Positions 56,982 to 64,000 of a stretch of 64,000 nt of DNA are shown here, piece by piece. The notes below the pieces were generated by a model. It was not told the origin of the DNA. It saw only the letters and a program-made list of their open reading frames with translations, and did no database searches. Numbering within the stretch: the stretch's first letter is position 1; each line of letters opens with the position of its first letter. The DNA is from Minisyncoccota bacterium (lineage in GTDB: Bacteria > Patescibacteriota > Minisyncoccia > Phycocordibacterales > CALRHW01), in NCBI GenBank assembly GCA_046350795.1, contig JAXLZT010000001.1, positions 309,780-373,779 of the forward strand, read 5' to 3'. A program made the translations under genes and the position numbers.

Positions 56982-58152
56982 ATTCGTTGAAGGTTAAAAG
57001 TTTTCCTCGGTAATATTCATATTGTGATCGACGTGCCTTAAGTTCAGCAGGTAATCCGATTGAAATATTGTTTACCAAATCATCAAATTTATCGAGGATG
57101 CTCACTATTCTTTTTTGTTCTTCAAGCGGAGGTACGGGTATTTGTATTTTTAGAATATCGTCTTTGCGAAGATTTGTTTGATCAGCACCGTTATCGTATC
57201 TAAGCAGTTGTCTGTTTCTACTTAATATGTAAAAAAGATATTTTGAATATATTTCATCTTTATTTTTAACACTCAAAGCACAGATTCGTTGATTTAAAGT
57301 GTATTTGTCGTTCTCATCAACATAAAAACATTTTGCTAGTGCTTTTCCGTTTGGGAGATCGCTCATAACCATCAAAATATCATTTTCAAATACAGGAGAA
57401 ATCTGACTGACAGAATATTTTTTAACTCTTCCATCTGTCGAAACAAATTTAGAATTAACAACAATATATTTGCCGTTTTCATCTATTAGTTTTTCGTGTC
57501 CTTTTCCATTCATAAAGTTAATAACCTGATCAAGTGGTAACCATTGTGTACTTCCCGCATTATCAAACGTCAATAATTGCGTACGGTAATGCTCATACTG
57601 CTTTTTTCTAGCTTCCAGCTCTGCTTCCAGCTCTGCTTCCAGCTCGGTAAAACTATTAAGTAGTTTGACAATCTCTTCTTGTATAGCAAGTGGTGGAATT
57701 GGTATTTTATACTCATCCCTAATTACTGATGGATGGGCTTTTTTGGTATAGTCAAAAACCTTTGTCATCCATGCGTCTGACAACACAAAATATAAATATT
57801 TTGTGTTCAATGCCTTTGTGTTGTTAACTTTTAACCACCCAGAAACATTTGTTACTGAATACTTATGGGTTGGTCGATAAAAAAAGCGACCACCTCCATC
57901 TATGGACCATGAAATACGCTCATCATCAAACATATATTTGCCATATCTACCAAATTCACCCGAACCAGTAGCGGAAGATGAGTATACGGGATAATCACCT
58001 GGTATTTTCGCTAAGTCATTTTTTGAGATAACTTCTCCTCGACCCAGCTTAATCATGTCTAAATCTTCAAGTTCTCCGAGTTTCTTAAACTCTACTCCGT
58101 TAGGAGATAGTTCAAGGATGAGTTTTTCAATTTTACTTTGAGTTTTAGTCAT
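56971..58152 (-). CDS. hsdS: Type I R-M specificity subunit (type IC-like)
   Basis: Two TRDs; 'IPIPPLAIQEEIV', 'ELEAELEAELEARKKQYEHYR', 'GLPAELKARRSQYEYYR'; start set at 58152. Confidence 0.93.
   Translation of the reverse strand: MTKTQSKIEKLILELSPNGVEFKKLGELEDLDMIKLGRGEVISKNDLAKIPGDYPVYSSSATGSGEFGRYGKYMFDDERISWSIDGGGRFFYRPTHKYSVTNVSGWLKVNNTKALNTKYLYFVLSDAWMTKVFDYTKKAHPSVIRDEYKIPIPPLAIQEEIVKLLNSFTELEAELEAELEARKKQYEHYRTQLLTFDNAGSTQWLPLDQVINFMNGKGHEKLIDENGKYIVVNSKFVSTDGRVKKYSVSQISPVFENDILMVMSDLPNGKALAKCFYVDENDKYTLNQRICALSVKNKDEIYSKYLFYILSRNRQLLRYDNGADQTNLRKDDILKIQIPVPPLEEQKRIVSILDKFDDLVNNISIGLPAELKARRSQYEYYRGKLLTFNEYVN
57611..57645 (+). repeat. 12-bp tandem repeat x3 in the hsdS central conserved region
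   Basis: GCTTCCAGCTCT GCTTCCAGCTCT GCTTCCAGCTC. Confidence 0.9.
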
Positions 58153-59740
58153 GTTTCCTTGTTTTTTCGATTTCTCTAACAATTTCATCAATCGACTTGC
58201 GGAGTTCGTTTTGTCGAATAACTATTTGATCAATCTCTGAGTTAAGTTCAGTAATATTTATAACTTCACGAGTATCTTCTGCAACAACATAACTTGAGAC
58301 ATCAAGCTTGTATGCATTATCAGAAATGTCCTTATTACTTACTAATTTAGCAAAGTGCTCTATATCCTTTCTCTCAATGAAAGCAGCCAGTATCTTTTTT
58401 CTATTTTCATCACTAAGTTTATTTTTATTTCCGCCACGAACAAATTCTGTTGAAGCATCTATGAAAAGTGTTCTGTTATCTTTTTTGCTCTTCTTAAGAA
58501 CAACAATACAAGTTGCAATACCTGTACCGAAGAAGAGGTCTTGAGGTAATTGGATAACAGTGTCCACATAGTTATTATCAATCAAATATTTTCTGATTTT
58601 CTGCTCAGCACCACTACGATAGAGAACCCCTGGGAATTCAACAATCGCCGCAGTTCCACTTGTAGAAAGCCATGAGAGCATGTGCATTGTAAATGCAAGA
58701 TCTGCTTTACTTTTAGGTGCTAGAACTCCAGCAGGAGAGAATCTTGGATCATTAATAAGTATAGGATTAGCATCACCCTCCCAATTAATTGAATATGGTG
58801 GATTTGAAACTATTGCATCAAATGGCTCATCGTCCCAGTGTTTAGGGTCGGTTAATGTATCTCCGTGAGCGATATCGAAATTATTGTAATTAACATCGTG
58901 CAAAAACATGTTAATACGACACAGGTTGTAAGTGGTTAGATTTATTTCTTGCCCATAAAAACCTTGTCTTACATTTTCCTTACCAAGTACCTTGGCAAAT
59001 TTAAGAAGTAGAGATCCTGATCCACAACAAGGATCGTATACTTTATTAACTTCCTTTTTACCGACTGTTGTAATCTCAGCGAGAAGCTCACTAACTTCTT
59101 GAGGTGTGTAATATTCTCCACCAGATTTTCCTGCGTTTGAGGCATACATTGCCATGAGGTACTCATACGCATCACCAAAAGCATCGATTGTATTATCAGC
59201 ATAATCACCTAGACGAAGATCACCAATTGCTTCTAGAAGTTTTGTGATTCTTTGATTTCTTTTTTCTACGGTACCACCCAACTTGTTTGAATTAACATCC
59301 AAATCATCAAATAGACCCTTGAGATCTTCTTCGCTACTTGAACCTTTCGCAGAACTTTCAATATTACTAAATACGTTAGAAAGGGTTTCGTTTAGATTTG
59401 CATTGTTTCGTGCATTTTTACGAACATTAACAAAAAGCTCGCTAGGTAAGATGTAAAATCCTTTTTCTTTTACAGTATCAGCACGACCGAATTCAGCTTC
59501 TTTATCAGAGAGTGAAGTATAGTCAAAATCTTTATTTCCTGAGCGTCGTTCATCAGCATTAATATAATTTGTTAGGTTTTCGCTGATGAATCTATAAAAA
59601 AGTATTCCAAGAACATATTGTTTAAAATCCCATCCATCCACACTACCTCGAAGATCATTGGCAATTTGCCAAATTGCACGATGGAGTTCAGCTCGTTCTT
59701 GTTCTTTTGTTGTATTTAAATTTGTTTTATCTTTACTCAT
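58145..59740 (-). CDS. hsdM: Type I R-M methyltransferase
   Basis: 'GEYYTP', 'YDPCCGSGSLL', 'SNPPY'. Confidence 0.96.
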   Translation of the reverse strand: MSKDKTNLNTTKEQERAELHRAIWQIANDLRGSVDGWDFKQYVLGILFYRFISENLTNYINADERRSGNKDFDYTSLSDKEAEFGRADTVKEKGFYILPSELFVNVRKNARNNANLNETLSNVFSNIESSAKGSSSEEDLKGLFDDLDVNSNKLGGTVEKRNQRITKLLEAIGDLRLGDYADNTIDAFGDAYEYLMAMYASNAGKSGGEYYTPQEVSELLAEITTVGKKEVNKVYDPCCGSGSLLLKFAKVLGKENVRQGFYGQEINLTTYNLCRINMFLHDVNYNNFDIAHGDTLTDPKHWDDEPFDAIVSNPPYSINWEGDANPILINDPRFSPAGVLAPKSKADLAFTMHMLSWLSTSGTAAIVEFPGVLYRSGAEQKIRKYLIDNNYVDTVIQLPQDLFFGTGIATCIVVLKKSKKDNRTLFIDASTEFVRGGNKNKLSDENRKKILAAFIERKDIEHFAKLVSNKDISDNAYKLDVSSYVVAEDTREVINITELNSEIDQIVIRQNELRKSIDEIVREIEKTRKHD

Positions 59741-59744
59741 AAAA

Positions 59745-59951
59745 TTATTTTAATAATTCGTTAGTCGACACTCCCAATGTCTGGGCTAGATTAGTAATAG
59801 TTGAAAGAGTAGGGTTTGTCTTTCCATTCTCAATATTACTTACAAAAGATTTGTCTACACCGAGTGTTTTGGCAAGTTCGGTTTGCGTAATATTCTTCTT
59901 AGTTCTGATTTTCTTGAGATTCTCTCCTAATTTTTTGGCACCATCTTTCAT
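59745..59951 (-). CDS. XRE-family HTH (R-M controller C-protein-like)
   Basis: 'ITQTELAKTLGVDKSFVSNIENGKTNPTL'; first gene of the hsd operon. Confidence 0.85.
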   Translation of the reverse strand: MKDGAKKLGENLKKIRTKKNITQTELAKTLGVDKSFVSNIENGKTNPTLSTITNLAQTLGVSTNELLK

Positions 59952-59987
59952 AAAAAGATTATAACATAAATCGTTGTATTAAACTAC

Positions 59988-60021
59988 AACAAAAGCAAGT
60001 CATAAATGACTTGCTTTTGTT
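59988..60021. terminator. Terminator hairpin downstream of tRNA-Glu
   Basis: AACAAAAGCAAGTCAT-aa-ATGACTTGCTTTTGTT. Confidence 0.75.
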
Positions 60022-60068
60022 TGCTAGTTTCGACCCTTGTCGAGTGCTCGAACTAGCTCTCTCTATTG

Positions 60069-60140
60069 TGACCCTACCGGGAATCGAACCCGGCTTTGCG
60101 CCTTGAAAGGGCACTGTCCTAACCGATAGACGATAGGGCC
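60069..60140 (-). tRNA. tRNA-Glu(TTC), CCA not encoded
   Basis: Minus strand GGCCCTA...GTGCC-ctTTCaa-GGCGC...GGTTCGATTCC...TAGGGTCA. Confidence 0.93.
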
Positions 60141-60216
60141 ATATAACTGCTGAAATATATCATTTTTTGCAGAAAAAGCAAAAAGTGATAGGATGTTTTC
60201 AAGTATTAAAAGTTAT

Positions 60217-60289
60217 GGGCGGTTAGCTCAGTTGGTAGAGCGCAACATTGACGTTGTTGATGCCAGAGGTTCGAGTCCTCTACCGCCCA
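60217..60289 (+). tRNA. tRNA-Val(GAC), CCA not encoded
   Basis: GGGCGGT/ACCGCCC acceptor stem; CAACA-ttGACgt-TGTTG anticodon arm; GGTTCGAGTCC. Confidence 0.93.
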
Positions 60290-60419
60290 CAATTTCGTCT
60301 CAAAAAACCCTTTGATATCGAACGTGAGGACTGAAGATATTTCTGGGGTTGGTTTGTGTATATTATAGAAGCTTAGTTTTAATTGACTTTTTCGGGTTTT
60401 TGTGTAGATTTAAGTGTAT

Positions 60420-61643
60420 ATGAATAAAATACCAAAGAATCTGTTATTACCGGCGATTATTTTAACAGTTATTTTGCCTATAAATTTAATCGGAGTCCGT
60501 CTTGATTATAGTCGAGCTACTTTTGTGGGTGAGGTAAAAGATAGTGCAGAAGAGTCTAATTTATCAGTTTCAACAGAAAAAGTTGAGGACGTGGATTTGG
60601 TTGATTTGAAAACAGAGCCAAAAATTGAGGCAAACTTGTCTAATGTTGAAGAATCTTTAAATCAAGATGTTGTCGAACCTGAGTCTGTAGACAATGTCAG
60701 TGTGGAAAACGTTAATGATAGCCAAGCTACTGACAATGGTCCTAGTGTCCATGAGGTTGCTGTTGAAACAAACTCCACAGTTGATAGATCTAGGGTTTGT
60801 TTGGGTGATCTAAATAATGATGGTCAAGTAAACGGTGATGATGTGCGAATAGTATTGGATTCTTGGTCTCATGATGTAGATAATTCTGGGTCTTCAATAG
60901 CAGATTTAAACAATGACGGTATCGTAGACGGATCTGATCTCGGAACTGTGCTCGGTCATTGGGGAGATTGTTCCGCTTCTTTAAACAATTCAGATGACAC
61001 ACCTGGTCCAAATTTTATACAAAATTTTACAGGTTTAGAGTCAGCTCTAAATGGTGTACAAAAAATACACATATCAACTAATTCAGATTTGTCTCCAACA
61101 GGCATTGGTAATACAGCTGATGAGCCAATAGAAGATGAAGGTGGTGATAATGGTAATAACGGTAATGAGGGCAATAATGGCAATAATGGCAATAATGGCA
61201 ATAACGGCGGTGGTGGTAATGACGGAGGCGGTAGTGGAAGCGGTAGTTCATCAAGTAATAAAAGAGGAGAGGTGCTTGGTGCAAGTGATATAAACAACGA
61301 GCTTGTTGTCGTTGCGTTTTCTCAATGCAATGAAGCTTATTTGAAAGACTATATTAAATATGGTGCAAATAATAATCCAGAAGAAGTAAAAAAATTACAA
61401 ACTTTCTTAAATAATCGTGGCGCTGGATTGCCGGTGACTGGTTTTTATGGAGAAAAGACCTTAGAAGCAGTAAAAGATTTTCAGCGTAAGTTTAATAAAC
61501 TTATATTAAAGCCTTGGTTTGATGCTGGTCTACTACCAGATGATACACAACCTACTGGATACGTATATGAAACGACTCGTTTTTGGATAAACGCAATGAC
61601 TTGTGGTGGTGTAAAAAATCTAACTCTACCAAAAATAAGATAG
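60420..61643 (+). CDS. Secreted protein with dockerin-like EF-hand pair, Gly/Asn linker and C-terminal peptidoglycan-binding-like domain
   Basis: 'CLGDLNNDGQVNGDD...ADLNNDGIVDGSDLGTVLGHWGDC'; 'NNPEEVKKLQTFLN...TGFYGEKTLEAVKDFQ'. Confidence 0.75.
   Translation: MNKIPKNLLLPAIILTVILPINLIGVRLDYSRATFVGEVKDSAEESNLSVSTEKVEDVDLVDLKTEPKIEANLSNVEESLNQDVVEPESVDNVSVENVNDSQATDNGPSVHEVAVETNSTVDRSRVCLGDLNNDGQVNGDDVRIVLDSWSHDVDNSGSSIADLNNDGIVDGSDLGTVLGHWGDCSASLNNSDDTPGPNFIQNFTGLESALNGVQKIHISTNSDLSPTGIGNTADEPIEDEGGDNGNNGNEGNNGNNGNNGNNGGGGNDGGGSGSGSSSSNKRGEVLGASDINNELVVVAFSQCNEAYLKDYIKYGANNNPEEVKKLQTFLNNRGAGLPVTGFYGEKTLEAVKDFQRKFNKLILKPWFDAGLLPDDTQPTGYVYETTRFWINAMTCGGVKNLTLPKIR
61170..61205 (+). repeat. 9-bp tandem repeat (GGCAATAAT)x3 + GGCAATAAC encoding GNN
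   Basis: Direct reading of the sequence. Confidence 0.85.
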
Positions 61644-61673
61644 AGAAAACACATATAAAATATGTGGTTAAAT

Positions 61674-62711
61674 ATGAGAAAAATAGTCAAAAAATATTTC
61701 ATACCACAAGAAGAAAACAATCATAAACCGTATTTTTTGCGTCGCAAAGCGCTATGCGCTATTGCTGTCTTTGTATTTTTTGTAGAAATTGCTTTTTTTG
61801 CCAACGTATATTTTTTTTCTAGTCGAGTGGATTTTCTAGCATCAGTTTTGCCTAGTGTTTTGGTTTCTTTGACAAATGAAAATAGGGATCAAAAAAATCT
61901 TTCTCCACTTTCTACAAACCCCATGTTACAGCTAGCTGCGCAGATGAAGGCAAATGATATGGCTACAAAAGGTTATTTTTCGCACACTAGTCCAGACGGT
62001 CTAGAGCCTTGGTATTGGTTAAAGCAGGTAGGATATAGCTATTCATATGCTGGAGAAAATCTAGCTGTAGATTTTGTTGATTCTGATGATGTGACTGATG
62101 CTTGGATGAAATCTCCAACTCATAGGGCAAACATGATAAATCAAAACTATCGTGAAGTGGGTATTGCTGTTGCACCAGGAAAATACAAGGGTAGAGACAC
62201 TCTTTTTGTTGTACAATTTTTTGGTACACCAAAAGACAAAGTGACTCTTGCTCAAAATCCAGTACCCCCTGTAGAATCGAAACACACCGATGCGGGAGTT
62301 CAGACAAAAACTCAGAAGACGCAAAAGATAGTGAGTATACCAAAAACACAAGATACTTTTTCTTCAGTTGAGAATGTCATTTTGGGTACAGAGACAAAGG
62401 CAAACATAGCAGATATAAAACCAATAACTTCTTCAAAAATCAATTCTTTTTTGAGACCTATTGAAAAAATAATCACCTCTCCAAGACAACTTTCTGATTA
62501 TGTTTTTGGTATATTAATTATCTTTCTCGCATTTGTATTGGCACTCACTATATTTATTGCAATTAAAGCACAACATCTCAGTACTATAGCTGGAGCTATC
62601 GCTATGATTATTTTTGTAGCCGGAATGATATATTTCAACAACTTTATTTTCAATTCTGATGGTGTGGCGATTCCTTCTGATTTTACAGCAGCTACAATAG
62701 AGGCTTTTTAA
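61674..62711 (+). CDS. CAP/SCP domain membrane protein
   Basis: 'AAQMKANDMATKGYFSHTSPDG', 'AGENLA', 'WMKSPTHRAN', 'VVQFFG'; start set at ATG 61674. Confidence 0.9.
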   Translation: MRKIVKKYFIPQEENNHKPYFLRRKALCAIAVFVFFVEIAFFANVYFFSSRVDFLASVLPSVLVSLTNENRDQKNLSPLSTNPMLQLAAQMKANDMATKGYFSHTSPDGLEPWYWLKQVGYSYSYAGENLAVDFVDSDDVTDAWMKSPTHRANMINQNYREVGIAVAPGKYKGRDTLFVVQFFGTPKDKVTLAQNPVPPVESKHTDAGVQTKTQKTQKIVSIPKTQDTFSSVENVILGTETKANIADIKPITSSKINSFLRPIEKIITSPRQLSDYVFGILIIFLAFVLALTIFIAIKAQHLSTIAGAIAMIIFVAGMIYFNNFIFNSDGVAIPSDFTAATIEAF

Positions 62712-62725
62712 ATATTTAGGCTAAT

Positions 62726-63652
62726 TTAGATTTTACCTGCGTGAATGTATAAATATATGTCTTCAAGTGCTTTTACTGCGTCTCCGGCGGCTATGTTGTT
62801 TTGATGATATAGACAATCTGTGCAATCTCCAGCTGCCCATATGCCATCGGTTGCTGTGCGTTGTGTCTTTGGATCTACAGGTATCTGACCGGTTTTATTT
62901 AATACAACTATATTTTTTGCAAAATCTGTAGAGGGGATTAGGCCTATTTCTACAAAGATGCCTTTTACAGCAAGCTCTACTTTTTCTTTTGTTGTAGCAT
63001 CTTCGTATACGATGGCATTTACAAACTTATCTCCACGTACCTCTACTGGAATGGCATTTTTTATTGCACGCATATTTGGGTGAGATAAAACTTTTTCTAC
63101 TGTGACTGGATCTGCTTTAAATGTTTCCCCTCTATTTAAAAGTGTGACACTTTTTGCATATGCTAGGAGTTGGGCGGATGTTTCGAAAGCTGCATTACCA
63201 CCACCCACCACTACCACGTCTTGTCCTGAAAATATTGGTCCATCACAAGATGCGCAGTACGTTAGGCCTTTATTATCAAACACATCTGCGCCAGGAATAT
63301 TTAATTTACGTCTATGACTGCCGGTAGCTATGAGTACTGTCTTTGCAAGGTAGCTATTTTTGTCTGTTGTAACTTTAAAATTTGCTTCTTCACGTGATAT
63401 ATCTTTTACCCACTCACCTTCGTATATAGAAACAACATCTCCAGAATACGCTTTGAGATGCGCTTTTAAATCATCAGCCAGTTTTTGCCCTGATATGGCT
63501 ACTGTGCCAATCCAGTTTTGGATTTCTTCTGATACCACACTTTGGCTATTGAAATCAGCTGTTATAAAGGCAGTTTTCAACTTTTTTCTTGATGCGTATA
63601 CTCCGGCGGCGACACCAGCTGGTCCGCCACCTATGATTATCAAATCATACAT
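62726..63652 (-). CDS. trxB: Thioredoxin reductase-like FAD oxidoreductase
   Basis: 'IIGGGPAG', 'CASCDG', 'VVGGGNAA', 'AAGD'. Confidence 0.85.
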   Translation of the reverse strand: MYDLIIIGGGPAGVAAGVYASRKKLKTAFITADFNSQSVVSEEIQNWIGTVAISGQKLADDLKAHLKAYSGDVVSIYEGEWVKDISREEANFKVTTDKNSYLAKTVLIATGSHRRKLNIPGADVFDNKGLTYCASCDGPIFSGQDVVVVGGGNAAFETSAQLLAYAKSVTLLNRGETFKADPVTVEKVLSHPNMRAIKNAIPVEVRGDKFVNAIVYEDATTKEKVELAVKGIFVEIGLIPSTDFAKNIVVLNKTGQIPVDPKTQRTATDGIWAAGDCTDCLYHQNNIAAGDAVKALEDIYLYIHAGKI

Positions 63653-63658
63653 ATTTTA

Positions 63659-64000
63659 TTATTTTAGTTTTGAACGTCTTAGAAATGCCGGTACTGCGCC
63701 CCAATCGTCATCTTCTTCTGTAGCTGGTGCAGATTTTTTTTCTTCTGTTTGTGCTACTTGTGCTGGTACAGAATTAAATATTTTTCCCTTTGAAACTGGA
63801 GGGACATTTTCTTCTTTTTCTGCACCAGGAAACAAAGAAACTTTCTTATTTAAATGTTCTGGGAATCCAGATGCGATCACGGTGATCTTGATTTCGTTTT
63901 TCTTTAATTTTTCATCACGTACTGTACCGAAAATGATGCGAGCGTTTGGATCTGCTGACTCTGTAATGATTTTTGCTGCGTCTTGTATTTCAAACATTGT
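63659..64000 (-). CDS. ftsZ: Cell division protein FtsZ, C-terminal part (truncated by window)
   Basis: 'ANARIIFG'-type 'DPNARIIFG', '[10 protein letters not shown]', C-terminal peptide 'VPAFLRR'. Confidence 0.92.
   Translation of the reverse strand, partial: TMFEIQDAAKIITESADPNARIIFGTVRDEKLKKNEIKITVIASGFPEHLNKKVSLFPGAEKEENVPPVSKGKIFNSVPAQVAQTEEKKSAPATEEDDDWGAVPAFLRRSKLK

Larger units (their letters stand above)
44977..60071. mobile_element. ~15 kb integrative element at the tRNA-Glu 3' end (serine recombinase, TerS/TerL, LexA-like repressor, defence cargo)
   Basis: Gene content; boundaries inferred from GTGA(g/c)CCTA at 44977 and 60068, the latter overlapping the tRNA-Glu end. Confidence 0.75.

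Noticed and set aside
44977-60071. Complete prophage
   Set aside because: No recognisable capsid, portal, tail, lysis or replication genes
1-64000. CRISPR array or cas genes
   Set aside because: No regularly spaced repeat-spacer array and no Cas motifs seen
1-64000. Alternative genetic code (UGA=Gly)
   Set aside because: Conserved genes are full length under code 11, and TGA ends several genes (e.g. 941, 2817)

Overview
AT-rich bacterial chromosome segment using genetic code 11. Gene content and style (leaderless-type promoters, very large Thr/Ser/Gly-rich surface proteins, several tRNA genes without encoded CCA) point to a Patescibacteria/CPR, Parcubacteria-like genome; this taxonomy is inference. 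Left to right: the end of a nonulosonic (sialic-acid-like) sugar locus (neuA, methyltransferase, neuB) with an O-antigen-ligase/TPR gene; an unexplained structured two-RNA region before murB; an unannotated 30-aa histone-H1-like peptide; secA, a thioredoxin/DsbB pair, a P-type ATPase, MYG1, obg and gatB; a ~13 kb surface-appendage cluster (HTH-TM protein, two WxL/pilin-like subunits, DUF916-like partner, FN3 anchor, 2122-aa fibre with an S74 autocleaving chaperone domain, Gly-rich protein); RNase P RNA; murJ, lepA, FtsB-like, glutaredoxin, tRNA-Arg, tRNA-Phe; GC-rich ORFans; hsp20, prsW, tsaD; a ~15 kb element apparently integrated at tRNA-Glu, encoding a LexA-like repressor, ParB-MTase, TerS, TerL and a serine recombinase but no capsid, portal, tail or replicase, and carrying type II Thoeris, Shedu and type I R-M; then tRNA-Val, a dockerin/PG-binding protein, a CAP protein, trxB and the 3' end of ftsZ. 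Best candidates for new biology: the terminase-only defence element, the RNA pair upstream of murB and the WxL-like/fibre cluster. All calls come from motif recognition by eye; no database searches were run.
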